Shown piece after piece: positions 1 through 8,706 of a DNA stretch of 35,508 nt. The stretch comes from an uncultured Gammaproteobacteria bacterium (GTDB taxonomy: Bacteria > Patescibacteriota > Microgenomatia > Levybacterales > GWA1-39-11). The first letter of the stretch is position 1. Each line of letters opens with the position of its first letter. The position numbers and the translations under genes are program-made. A model generated the notes under the pieces. It saw nothing but the letters and a program-made list of their open reading frames with translations, was not told the origin of the DNA and ran no database searches. The stretch is taken from contig CAZFJW010000002.1 in NCBI GenBank assembly GCA_964519355.1, positions 1 to 35,508 on the forward strand, given 5' to 3'.

Positions 1-533
1 CCCAAGTCACGTGCAATAGCGCGAATGTATACTCCGGGTCCTGTTGCAATTTTGAGTTTTAGAATTGGATACTCATAGGAAAGAATTTCAATTGATTTTA
101 TTTCAATTTCTCGTGCATTCATAACAACTGTCTCACCTTTGCGAACTCTTCTATGGGCAGGTTTGCCCTGAATTTTAATGGAGGAATAAATAGGCGGAGT
201 CTGCATAACAGTACCAATGAAAGATTGAAGATTTTTTTCTATATCTTTTATGGCCGGTTTAATATTCACTGTTCTTTCTTCAATTTCCCCATCAATATCA
301 TCTGTAGAACTTGTCCCGCCAAGTGTTACCTCTGCTTCGTATTCTTTTTCACCTTTAACATATTCTGAAAGCTGGCGGGTAAATTCTCGGCCCACAGCGA
401 TCACCAAAACTCCTGTTGCAAATGGGTCGAGGGTTCCGCCATGACCGACACGTTTTATTCCTGTTTTGCGTCTTACAATTGCGACAACGTCATGAGAAGT
501 CATGCCGCTGGGTTTGTTAATAGCAAAAATCAT
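1..533 (-). CDS. truB: tRNA pseudouridine(55) synthase TruB, N-terminal part (3' end of the gene runs off the window)
   Basis: Reverse-complement translation from ATG (533-531) reads MIFAINKPSGMTSHDVVAIVRRKTGIKRVGHGGTLDPFATGVLVIAVGREFT... This contains the TruB GHxGTLDP catalytic-Asp motif. It is absent from the ORF track because the window edge truncates it. Confidence 0.85.
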   Translation of the reverse strand, partial: MIFAINKPSGMTSHDVVAIVRRKTGIKRVGHGGTLDPFATGVLVIAVGREFTRQLSEYVKGEKEYEAEVTLGGTSSTDDIDGEIEERTVNIKPAIKDIEKNLQSFIGTVMQTPPIYSSIKIQGKPAHRRVRKGETVVMNAREIEIKSIEILSYEYPILKLKIATGPGVYIRAIARDL

Positions 534-550
534 GAAGGTATTATACCGCT

Positions 551-2197
551 TTAAAGCCTCGAAAGATCATCAAGAGTGAGGGATCTATTGTAATTGTAGT
601 CTGATGTAAATCCGTAATAAGGACTAGGTGCTCCTCCGTAGCTATATGGATTTGGCATTGAAAATACCGTAAATACTGCAACGTAACGGGCGCCTTTTCT
701 GTAGCTGTATGTGCCAAGTTTGGCAATAACTGCTGCGTCAGTTAGATATCCGCCGGTTGATAGATCATTAAGTGAAATAGGATAAGAACTATTTGCCACG
801 TAATATTTTGTCATGGCTTCATTAATCATTGTTAGATCTTTATCAATTGCCGATTTTTTTGCCTCTAGTTCAATTTGTTCTTTTGTCTTGAAAGCATTTG
901 TGAGCTGTTTCATAAATTCTTCAGCTGTGATTACTTTTTCAGGTGCCCTAAATTCAAATTTTTCATTTACATCTTTGAGAACCAGAACTGTCGAAAGTGA
1001 TAATTTTGGATTGATTCCAAGCTGTGATGTATACCCAAGATATGGAGAAGGTGCTCCATATGAGTTTTGTCCCATTTTATTCAAGAAATCAAGATTCATA
1101 CTCATTTGAACACTGGATTTGCGTAAAATCGCATCTTTTTTCCCAATCCATATGCTCATTTCAAGGGAATCAATACCGTTGATAATTTCCTCAAATTCAT
1201 CTTTTGCCGTAGGATTATCAAGATCAACGTCGGCCTTGCTGTATTCTTTATAAATAGTGCGAAGGTTTTCTTTTGAAGGTTTGAAAACGAGATGATAGCT
1301 TTTTACTCCTTCAACTTCTTCATCCTTCATCTTTTTCACGTCAGGCAGAACTGAGGTTTTAAGTAAAAAGTCCTGCGCATTTTTTCTTGCGGCATCAATT
1401 ATTGATTTTTCAGAAGTATTTTTTTCCAGTTCGCGTCTTGCTTCAGATTCAATCCCCGGGTTTTCATATGCAATCCAGTTCTCGAATACCTTTTTAAGGT
1501 TCGTTTCAATTTCAGTGTTTGGTTTGGAAGTTCCTCCTGGTGTCATGTAGCTTCCAGCCATTGCAGAGACAAAAGACAAAATCTCATCAGATATAGAGTT
1601 GACTCTGGCATAGAGTTTTTTGTTCACTTGTCTGACGTTAAAGGAGGCTTTGTATGTTTTGCCGAGATAATTTATTGCACCTTGGGCTTGTGCGTCAAAT
1701 TGGAGACCCTTTTCCTCGTTTAGATCAATTGGACCCTTTATTACAAGATCGAGTCCTGCTGCTTCGATTGTCGATGATCCAAGTTGGGCTGTGAGAGAAA
1801 AGTCGGGATTGTAGGAGGATATCTTTGCATTTTTATCGACAGCATTGAGAAGAATTTGTTCTGAGGTTTTGGGGAAAAGCGGGATGTGATAGAAAAAGAG
1901 ATTAAGTTCCTTATTGTATGAGTTGAACAGAGGAATTTTTAAAGGGGTGTAGACCGTTAGGAAAGAAAGTGTAATTACGATCAAAATAGAAAGCAAAGTA
2001 AATACTACAAGAATTGGAATAATTGGGAGGCCATGCGTCCTGCTAAATATTTTTTTGAATTTTCCGTTCTGCTGCGGAGGAATAGCTGGTGGAGGCGGAG
2101 TGGCTTGTTGTGGAACGGGTGGCGGCTGAAACCCTTGTTGAGGAGGCTGTTGAGATGGTGGCTGCGCTGGAGGAGGCGTGATAGTATTTGGGTCCAT
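551..2197 (-). CDS. Membrane-anchored hypothetical protein with a Pro/Gln-rich N-terminus, one TM helix and a large extracytoplasmic domain
   Basis: 548-aa ORF. N-terminus is PPPAQPPSQQPPQQGFQPPPVPQQATPPPP, followed by the hydrophobic helix LPIIPILVVFTLLSILIVITLSFL. The motif SYG(G)APSPY[LY]G[YF]TS occurs twice. No family recognised. Confidence 0.7.
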   Translation of the reverse strand: MDPNTITPPPAQPPSQQPPQQGFQPPPVPQQATPPPPAIPPQQNGKFKKIFSRTHGLPIIPILVVFTLLSILIVITLSFLTVYTPLKIPLFNSYNKELNLFFYHIPLFPKTSEQILLNAVDKNAKISSYNPDFSLTAQLGSSTIEAAGLDLVIKGPIDLNEEKGLQFDAQAQGAINYLGKTYKASFNVRQVNKKLYARVNSISDEILSFVSAMAGSYMTPGGTSKPNTEIETNLKKVFENWIAYENPGIESEARRELEKNTSEKSIIDAARKNAQDFLLKTSVLPDVKKMKDEEVEGVKSYHLVFKPSKENLRTIYKEYSKADVDLDNPTAKDEFEEIINGIDSLEMSIWIGKKDAILRKSSVQMSMNLDFLNKMGQNSYGAPSPYLGYTSQLGINPKLSLSTVLVLKDVNEKFEFRAPEKVITAEEFMKQLTNAFKTKEQIELEAKKSAIDKDLTMINEAMTKYYVANSSYPISLNDLSTGGYLTDAAVIAKLGTYSYRKGARYVAVFTVFSMPNPYSYGGAPSPYYGFTSDYNYNRSLTLDDLSRL

Positions 2198-2277
2198 ATA
2201 TATACAATAGGGATTTGTTAGGGCTGGGTCAAGAAGAACATATAAGATATGAGAACTTTTTGGTAGAATAACAACTG

Positions 2278-3150
2278 TTGAGAAAAAAAGAAATTATCGA
2301 AAATGTCCCAATCGAACACAAATTCGTGAAGGTTAAGGGTTCTACAATTCATTATGTAGTAACTGGTGAGGGGCCGCTCCTTCTTCTTGTGCATTCATGG
2401 AATAATGATTGGTTTGGATTTATCCCGCTTCTTAAGGAATTAAAGGGATTTAAGATAATTGCGCTCGATTTGCCCGGATATGGAAAATCAACTGATGGTT
2501 TTAAAAGATATTCAGTTGATGTAATGGCGGATGTAGTTTCTGATTTTATTACAAGTTTGAAAATAAGGCCAAAAATTATTTGCGGAATTTCAATGGGTGC
2601 AGGAATTATGCTCGATTTCGGAGCAAGATATGCATATCAGACAGATGGCATTGTAGCCATGGGTGCACCTGTTCTAAAAGATGCGTGGGTTGGTGCAAAA
2701 ATTTATGAATTTTTAATGAGAATGGGGAATATGAACTCATTTACACAAAAAGTTGGCAAAAAGATTGTGTCTAATTACCATTATGGACATATGACAGCCA
2801 AATATCTGAATCTCCACAACTACACAAGAGAACTTGTTGACAGGTATGGTTTGAACGGACGAAGTGAGAATAACGCCAAGACACTTTTTAACATGTCAGT
2901 CAGTATGACAAGGTTTGATGCTGTGAATGCATTGCGTCTTGCATCTATACCGACTCATCTTGTTTTTGGGAAGTATGATAAGTTGGTTGATATTAAAAAG
3001 GCCAAACTGGTATCAAAGAAAAATAAATTTCTTTCAGTTGAATTGATTGAAAATGCGGGCCATGTTGTTACACTTGAAAAACCAAAAGAATCAGCCGAAA
3101 CAATCCATAATTTTGCATTAAGAACATTTAAAAAAGTTAGAAAAGCTTGA
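2278..3150 (+). CDS. Alpha/beta-fold hydrolase
   Basis: 290 aa with a TTG start. The N-terminus has the typical pattern VKVKGSTIHYVVTGEGPLLLLVHSW. The nucleophile elbow is GISMGAG (GxSxG) and a C-terminal AGH lies in ENAGHVV. Ends in TGA (3148-3150). Confidence 0.8.
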   Translation: MRKKEIIENVPIEHKFVKVKGSTIHYVVTGEGPLLLLVHSWNNDWFGFIPLLKELKGFKIIALDLPGYGKSTDGFKRYSVDVMADVVSDFITSLKIRPKIICGISMGAGIMLDFGARYAYQTDGIVAMGAPVLKDAWVGAKIYEFLMRMGNMNSFTQKVGKKIVSNYHYGHMTAKYLNLHNYTRELVDRYGLNGRSENNAKTLFNMSVSMTRFDAVNALRLASIPTHLVFGKYDKLVDIKKAKLVSKKNKFLSVELIENAGHVVTLEKPKESAETIHNFALRTFKKVRKA

Positions 3151-3181
3151 CGAGCGGGTGCCAACGTGTTCTAATAAAAAT

Positions 3182-3601
3182 ATGGAAGAAAAGAAAGAAA
3201 CAACATCAGCGCCCGAAGCGGCACCAAATGCAGCATCAACTGTAGAAAAAGAACACAACAATACTCCAACTATTGTTACAATTATTTTTCTAGTATTGAT
3301 CCCCCTTGTGGGAATTGTTCTCATGTGGGCATGGGCGAAATGGCCAAAATGGGTAAAGATCTTAATTACAACTCTCTATGCGCTCTCTATAGTTCTTTTT
3401 ATTGTTTTCTTTTCTGCAGTTGTTGCGACCATTAACCCTAAGGCTCAATTGAAAAAAGCTGAAGCTGTAACATGCGTAAACGAATGCATAACAACTCAGC
3501 AGCTGGACCAGGATACGTGTATTCAACAATGTGGCGCAGAGGGAATTATTCCTGCAGGCGCAACCGATTCAACCGATTCAAATACTCCAGTTTCAGACTA
3601 A
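3182..3601 (+). CDS. Small membrane protein with a Cys-rich C-terminal tail (hypothetical)
   Basis: The track ORF 3158-3601 starts at GTG. I prefer the in-frame ATG at 3182 (MEEKKETT...). Two hydrophobic helices are followed by CVNECITTQQLDQDTCIQQC. Confidence 0.55.
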   Translation: MEEKKETTSAPEAAPNAASTVEKEHNNTPTIVTIIFLVLIPLVGIVLMWAWAKWPKWVKILITTLYALSIVLFIVFFSAVVATINPKAQLKKAEAVTCVNECITTQQLDQDTCIQQCGAEGIIPAGATDSTDSNTPVSD

Positions 3602-3608
3602 CATTACT

Positions 3609-4460
3609 CTAAAACCCGTCTTGTAAATATTTCCAGAGAATTCCTGCATCAAAAAGAGCGCGCCGCGGAATCATCAGGTTCTGCAAGGATTCGGGATAGA
3701 TTTGTTCATATGCACGGTTAATTCTGCTGAAATTTGACGGCGAGCTGGCGCGTACCCACTGAAGACTTTCTGATGTTATGGTCAGGTACAATTCTTCCAT
3801 GTCTGGTCCTAGGTGCCTGGTCTCAAATGTCCCCTTGATGAGTCCGAGTGAAATCTTTTTTTTCCAGTCATGCTCTTGTTCCGGGTGTTCAATTTTTACG
3901 GAAAGCGGATATATAATTCGCACAACATCACAAGGAATTTCAGCAAAACCTGCAATAATGCTGGCTGCGACTTTCTTTATTCCGCTGGCAACATAGTAGA
4001 AAGGTCCGGCAGGTCCCATAATTTCAACTATTTTTATTCTTTTTTCAGGATTTCTTTCACTGAACATTTCTTCAATGGTTCCTGCATCATCGGCATGATC
4101 TACAAAATTTTTAGCAATTCCCTCAATGGTTCCGGGTTCGTCAATTGGTTCTGATGCCCATCCAAGCTCGTCCTCGTAAGGTTTGGCAATGATGTTATTT
4201 AAGAGAACCCAAGAGAATTCTGGCTGACTGTTCACTGAAGGGAGAATATCAGACAGTGTAAGGTATGAGACAAGGGGTTTGTCTTTCAGACGCATTTTTC
4301 TCACTGCCATTTCATTGAGAGTTATTGATCGCATAAGAGGAGTAATTTGCTCTGCGATATGAGCCAAGAGATGGTCATGAGAAGTGACCTTTTTAGGACT
4401 GAAATGGGGAATGAAATGATCTGTCGGGTATTCGAAAGTAAGAAATGAAGACAAACTCAT
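3609..4460 (-). CDS. Hypothetical protein
   Basis: 283-aa ORF with no overlapping competitor. The segment YYVASGIKKVAASIIAGFAEIPCDVV is faintly ParB/Srx-like, but I cannot support a family call. Confidence 0.6.
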   Translation of the reverse strand: MSLSSFLTFEYPTDHFIPHFSPKKVTSHDHLLAHIAEQITPLMRSITLNEMAVRKMRLKDKPLVSYLTLSDILPSVNSQPEFSWVLLNNIIAKPYEDELGWASEPIDEPGTIEGIAKNFVDHADDAGTIEEMFSERNPEKRIKIVEIMGPAGPFYYVASGIKKVAASIIAGFAEIPCDVVRIIYPLSVKIEHPEQEHDWKKKISLGLIKGTFETRHLGPDMEELYLTITSESLQWVRASSPSNFSRINRAYEQIYPESLQNLMIPRRALFDAGILWKYLQDGF

Positions 4461-4534
4461 GCTAATACTACTATATCAAATTCATGTGGGGGATTGATAT
4501 CTTTTATGATATATGATTATAGTTAATTAGACCT

Positions 4535-5008
4535 ATGAAACACTTTATGTCACCACTTACTATGAGCGCTTTAATCTTGAGCATCTTGGGGGTTGTCTTT
4601 TTCTACGGGGCGCTCCAATTTGCGACAGAAAGCAGGGGCGACTTTATGGTACTTTTGATATTACTTCTTGTGGTGATTGGGATTTCATCAGTGGTGTCTG
4701 CGCATTTTTGGGAAAAAGCATTGGTAAAAAGACATAAGAAATCACATATTTCAATTTCATCATCGGTTATTGTAGGCGGGGTTGTTTTTGCGCTGCTGTC
4801 AAATGTCCAAATTGACAACAAGCCGCTTCTACTTCTTCTTTATATTTTTATTGGAGACTTCTTACGAGATAGTTTTGGAATTAATATTTATTATCTTGAT
4901 TATCATGGTTTTGCATTGTTGTATCTTGGAATTTCAGGAATACTTTTGGCCTTAGCATTTGACTTTATACTTCTAAAAAACCTCATAAAAGATAAAAAAA
5001 GTAATTAA
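4535..5008 (+). CDS. Small multi-pass membrane protein (hypothetical)
   Basis: 157 aa with about 4 hydrophobic helices. Its stop overlaps the stop of the convergent gene (TTAA at 5005-5008). Confidence 0.6.
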   Translation: MKHFMSPLTMSALILSILGVVFFYGALQFATESRGDFMVLLILLLVVIGISSVVSAHFWEKALVKRHKKSHISISSSVIVGGVVFALLSNVQIDNKPLLLLLYIFIGDFLRDSFGINIYYLDYHGFALLYLGISGILLALAFDFILLKNLIKDKKSN

Positions 5009-6408
5009 CTGCGAGGAAATTTTTTAAAAACTCTTGAAAAATACCAGACAACAGGTGCTCCGAGGATAGATGCTTGGAGACAATGACTGATGAAAATGTT
5101 GAATTGGAAATGGTAAAAAATTACCAGCGGTACAAAATAATATCCGAACCCAGAAATGGTAAAAAGTAAAAGAAACTCTATTTTTTCTGTATTAGGGCGG
5201 ATACAAAAAAGTGCGAATACAGGAATTATGTACCATGGATAAAAGAGTGAAAGAATGCAAAAAAATACAAGAAGAATATTTCCCATTGCGGTTTCAGGAT
5301 GATCTGTCTTTTTCAGCCAATTACGAAAGATGAAAAGAAATATAAAAGAAAAAATAGCGATGCAAAATGAAAGGGCTATATTTTGAGGAATATGAAGTAC
5401 TCCTATGTCGATGAGTTCTCGAAACATTGAATAAAGTGAAGCATTATAAAAGGACTCCTGAGATGAAATAACAGACCCGAGCATCCCTTCAATTATTTTT
5501 CCGTGACTCCATAATGGGGCAAAAAGTAAAAAAAGAGTAAGCATTGCGATTGTGATTGAGGCGAACATCTTGGGCAGCGATTTAGTATTTTTGTATTGGA
5601 GGACTAGAAAAAGCGGCAAAACTGCAATTAAAAAATATTTAGTAAAAAGGGCTACTATAAAAACCGGTAGTGAAAAAAGTGATTTTTTCAATGCAAGGTA
5701 TAGTGAGATTATGAGCAATAGGGCCAGTAGTCCATCACTGTGTCCATTTACAATCCCTTCAAAAAGAATGAGAGGGTTGCCCAGGAAAAAATACATACCT
5801 ATCCATTGGTGTTTTTCCTCAGTCATGCGGTATATAAAAAATGAAGTTCCTGCAATGTAGAATGCACTGGCAATTTTATGAATAAGAATCGTCTGGTCAG
5901 CATTTTGAAAGTTGGAGAAAAATGATTGAGGAAAAGAAGCAAAAAGCCATCCTGGGCCATAGAAAAGATGGAGCTCATGAATAAATCCGCGTTCTATTAG
6001 TTGGTCCGGTAAGAAAAGTGCAGGGATAGTAGTGTAGGGATTTGCTCCAAAATGATAGAACATTTTTAGATACATAAGATAATTGAACATATCCAGTGAA
6101 ACAAAAGGAAACGTTAGGATATTCAGAAAAATAGAGATACAGGAAGTAACTAGAAATATTTTTATCCATGATTTTTTTATATTGTATTTTGTTATCAAAA
6201 AATAATTTATTACGTAAAAAGTTGTTAGAAGAAAAATAATGAAGGTAATAAAGTGAGTGTCGGGAGTCGTTTTTTTACAAAGTGAATCAAGTCCAAGATA
6301 GGGATGGGTGGGAACATTGAGCCTAAATTGTAAAAACAAAATAAACCAGAAAAAGTTAGACAGAAGAAAATTAAATGCAACGATATAACTTACAAAACTT
6401 TTTTTCAT
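5005..6408 (-). CDS. Polytopic membrane protein, possibly a GT-C-type (ArnT/PMT/DUF2029-like) glycosyltransferase
   Basis: More than 10 hydrophobic segments. The track ORF extends to 6504 but would overlap tRNA-Pro, so I chose the start at ATG 6408 (MKKSFVSYIVAF...). The family call is tentative and rests on topology only. Confidence 0.6.
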   Translation of the reverse strand: MKKSFVSYIVAFNFLLSNFFWFILFLQFRLNVPTHPYLGLDSLCKKTTPDTHFITFIIFLLTTFYVINYFLITKYNIKKSWIKIFLVTSCISIFLNILTFPFVSLDMFNYLMYLKMFYHFGANPYTTIPALFLPDQLIERGFIHELHLFYGPGWLFASFPQSFFSNFQNADQTILIHKIASAFYIAGTSFFIYRMTEEKHQWIGMYFFLGNPLILFEGIVNGHSDGLLALLLIISLYLALKKSLFSLPVFIVALFTKYFLIAVLPLFLVLQYKNTKSLPKMFASITIAMLTLFLLFAPLWSHGKIIEGMLGSVISSQESFYNASLYSMFRELIDIGVLHIPQNIALSFCIAIFSFIFLFIFRNWLKKTDHPETAMGNILLVFFCILSLFYPWYIIPVFALFCIRPNTEKIEFLLLFTISGFGYYFVPLVIFYHFQFNIFISHCLQASILGAPVVWYFSRVFKKFPRS

Positions 6409-6473
6409 TTCAATACAATGGTAACAAATTAAGATTTCGAGAAGAGTGTGAGACTTATTTATTAAAGGAGTAG

Positions 6474-6545
6474 TCGGGGTGGAGGGAATTGAACCCTCTG
6501 CCACACGAACCCGAATCGTGTATGCAACCGATACACTTCACCCCG
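6474..6545 (-). tRNA. tRNA-Pro (anticodon CGG)
   Basis: The reverse complement CGGGGTGAAGTGTATCGGTTGCATACACGATTCGGGTTCGTGTGGCAGAGGGTTCAATTCCCTCCACCCCGA folds as a cloverleaf. Acceptor stem is CGGGGTG/CACCCCG. Anticodon stem is CACGA/TCGTG with loop TTCGGGT (G37). T arm is GAGGG-TTCAATT-CCCTC. CCA is not encoded. Confidence 0.9.
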
Positions 6546-6616
6546 CTTAAGATTAATTATACTATCTCGAGGAGCATTGAAGTAAAAAGTTAAACGTGTC
6601 TTTGATTAAAAAAATG

Positions 6617-6689
6617 CGTCCCCGATAGGAGTCGAACCTACAATCTTTCCCTTAGGACGGGACTGCTCAATCCATTGAGCTACGGGGAC
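6617..6689 (-). tRNA. tRNA-Arg (anticodon CCU)
   Basis: The reverse complement GTCCCCGTAGCTCAATGGATTGAGCAGTCCCGTCCTAAGGGAAAGATTGTAGGTTCGACTCCTATCGGGGACG folds as a cloverleaf. Acceptor stem is GTCCCCG/CGGGGAC. D arm is GCTC/GAGC. The anticodon loop is GTCCTAA. T arm is GTAGG-TTCGACT-CCTAT. Confidence 0.9.
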
Positions 6690-6699
6690 ATTACAGGTT

Positions 6700-6729
6700 A
6701 TTATAAATCAAAAATAAGAGAGTATCCAA
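6700..6729 (-). promoter_or_regulatory. Putative promoter of the tRNA-Arg/tRNA-Pro pair
   Basis: The minus strand reads TTGGAT-18 nt-TATAAT. The -10 ends about 10 nt upstream of the tRNA-Arg 5' end. Confidence 0.4.
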
Positions 6730-6743
6730 CTTCTCGTACTTTA

Positions 6744-6772
6744 TTGACTTGGGCCTTATCTTTTCGTATCAT
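6744..6772 (+). promoter_or_regulatory. Putative promoter of the DsbA-like gene
   Basis: TTGACT (6744-6749), a 17-nt spacer, then TATCAT (6767-6772), 13 nt before ATG 6786. Confidence 0.5.
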
Positions 6773-6785
6773 AGACATCACTCAA

Positions 6786-7493
6786 ATGAATAAAATTGTC
6801 GTAATTATTTTGTCAGTGGTTTTAGGTCTTGGATTTGTCGGATTTATTATTTTTGCAAAAGAATCAAAGAAAAAAGCAGCTCCAGAGGCTGTAGATCAGA
6901 TTTTTACATTTTCAGACAAAGGAATGGTTAAAGGAGAAGCGGACGCGCCGCTTACACTTGTAGAGTTTGCTGATTTTCAATGTCCATACTGTGGCGACGC
7001 ACATCCTGTTCTTGATGCAGCACTCGCAGAATACAAAGGTAAAGTAAAGTTTGTATTCAAGCATTTCCCTCTGCTTTCGATTCACAAAAATGCACTTTCT
7101 GCAGCGGTTGCAGCAGAAGCAGCAGGAATGCAGGGTAAGTTTTGGGAGATGCACGATCTTCTTTTTGAAAGACAGCAGGAATGGAGCAGCCTGCCATCGG
7201 CAGACAAGAAGTTTGAGGAGTATGCAAAAGAAATAGGTTTGGATGTAGAAAAATTCAAATCAGACATGAAAGATGATAGTTTGTCTAAAAAAATTGATGA
7301 ACAAAGGAATGAGGGCATATCAGCAGTTGTTACATCAACACCAACGTTTTTTGTGAATGGCAAAAAAGTTGAATTACAAAGTCTTTCAATAGACGCATTC
7401 AAAGATATTTTTGATGCAGAGTTGGCAAAGAAACAGTCAAACGAAAAATCAGAAACATCAACACCTTCTGCAACTGCAGAACCAGCCCAGTAA
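6786..7493 (+). CDS. DsbA/BdbD-family thiol:disulfide oxidoreductase, membrane-anchored
   Basis: A TM anchor (MNKIVVIILSVVLGLGFVGFIIF) is followed by the thioredoxin-fold motif FADFQCPYCGDAHP (CPYC active site) and TPTFFVNG. The start was moved from 6675 to ATG 6786 to clear tRNA-Arg. Confidence 0.85.
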   Translation: MNKIVVIILSVVLGLGFVGFIIFAKESKKKAAPEAVDQIFTFSDKGMVKGEADAPLTLVEFADFQCPYCGDAHPVLDAALAEYKGKVKFVFKHFPLLSIHKNALSAAVAAEAAGMQGKFWEMHDLLFERQQEWSSLPSADKKFEEYAKEIGLDVEKFKSDMKDDSLSKKIDEQRNEGISAVVTSTPTFFVNGKKVELQSLSIDAFKDIFDAELAKKQSNEKSETSTPSATAEPAQ

Positions 7494-7495
7494 TT

Positions 7496-8053
7496 ATGGA
7501 TTCTCCAATTCCATTTGAATTAATTACCAACATTTTTGCTTTTGGTTCTGTTGTAACAGTTTTAACTTCAATTCTGCTACTAGTTCTATTGGTTTTGTCT
7601 TTCATATCTCCTAAAAATAGTTTTGTTAAAAAAACATCATCTTTAATTCATAAAAATTCATTGTATACAGGATTACTTTTTTCAATGCTGGCAACTGCAG
7701 GAAGTTTGTTTATGTCAGAATTGGCCGGATTCGTGCCGTGCGAGCTCTGCTGGTATCAGAGAGTTTTTATGTATCCGCAGGCGTTTATATTTTTACTGGC
7801 TATGTATTACAAAGATTCGAAGGTCTTTTTATACTCACTATTTTTATCATCAATCGGGCTTTTAATTGCTCTTTGGCATGTATTTATTGAGTACCAGCCG
7901 AAATTTGAGACATGCAGCGAGACATCAATTTCGTGTTCTTCAATTCAATTTCAGGCGTTTGGTTTTGTCACAATTCCATTTATGTCTGCAAGCATTTTCC
8001 TCTTTCTTGTTCTTCTTTCGGCAATTTCCCTCAGAAAAAATACTAAATCATAA
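7496..8053 (+). CDS. DsbB/BdbC-family disulfide bond formation protein
   Basis: Four TM helices, a PCELCWYQRVFMYP CxxC motif, and a second Cys pair in a later loop (CSETSISC). It sits immediately downstream of the DsbA-like gene. Confidence 0.8.
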   Translation: MDSPIPFELITNIFAFGSVVTVLTSILLLVLLVLSFISPKNSFVKKTSSLIHKNSLYTGLLFSMLATAGSLFMSELAGFVPCELCWYQRVFMYPQAFIFLLAMYYKDSKVFLYSLFLSSIGLLIALWHVFIEYQPKFETCSETSISCSSIQFQAFGFVTIPFMSASIFLFLVLLSAISLRKNTKS

Positions 8054-8096
8054 TTCAAACTATCCAGTGCGTCCAGAATTCTTGTAGAATAAAAAT

Positions 8097-8702
8097 ATGA
8101 TTGAACTTGTAGAGCAGCTTTTTGAGCACTACGGTCTTATTATCGTATTTTTAGGAGGAATTTTAGAAAGTCTTGTAGTTATAGGAATTTTTATACCTGG
8201 GAGCATTTTTTTATTGATCGGCGGGTACTATGCAAGCCTTGGTCTCATTTCACCTCTGGATTTGCTCCTGGTTGGGATTTCTGGCATGTATGTGGGGGAT
8301 ATCATCAATTATTTTCTTGGCAGGGCACTTGGGAAAAAATTTAATGCTAAAAAATCAGACAGGATTCTAAAAATTCATATTAAAAGTTTTCGCCATTTTG
8401 TAAAAAAATATGGAACAGGACTCATCGGGTATGGCCATGTTCTGGGGAGTGTTCGGTCTTTTGTGTGTTTTGGAGCAGGGGCTTTTGGATATCCCTTTTA
8501 TCATTATCTGCTTGTAACATTTCTTTCAACAACTGCATGGGCAAGTATTTTTGTTGTGACTGGAGTATTGCTTGGTTCGGCAAGTATTGCAGCACACGAT
8601 GTTATGCAAAAGGTTCAATTTATGGGATTGATATTATTTATTTTAGCCCTAGGGCTCTTCTTGGTTCACAAAAAAGTTCAGGCTGTATTTCGGTTACAAT
8701 AA
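8097..8702 (+). CDS. DedA-family membrane protein
   Basis: The N-terminus HYGLIIVFLGGILESLVVIGIFIPGS and the overall ~200-aa multi-TM layout are typical of DedA/SNARE-associated proteins. Confidence 0.8.
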   Translation: MIELVEQLFEHYGLIIVFLGGILESLVVIGIFIPGSIFLLIGGYYASLGLISPLDLLLVGISGMYVGDIINYFLGRALGKKFNAKKSDRILKIHIKSFRHFVKKYGTGLIGYGHVLGSVRSFVCFGAGAFGYPFYHYLLVTFLSTTAWASIFVVTGVLLGSASIAAHDVMQKVQFMGLILFILALGLFLVHKKVQAVFRLQ

Positions 8703-8706
8703 CATT

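Noticed and set aside
153-444. Short + strand ORFs at 153-368 and 250-444
   Set aside because: They lie antisense within truB, which is strongly supported on the minus strand by the GHGGTLDP motif.
6409-6504. N-terminal extension of the membrane-protein ORF (track start 6504), and the 6675 start of the DsbA-like ORF
   Set aside because: Both extensions overlap the tRNA-Pro and tRNA-Arg genes. Internal ATGs (6408 and 6786) give sensible N-termini, each a hydrophobic anchor.
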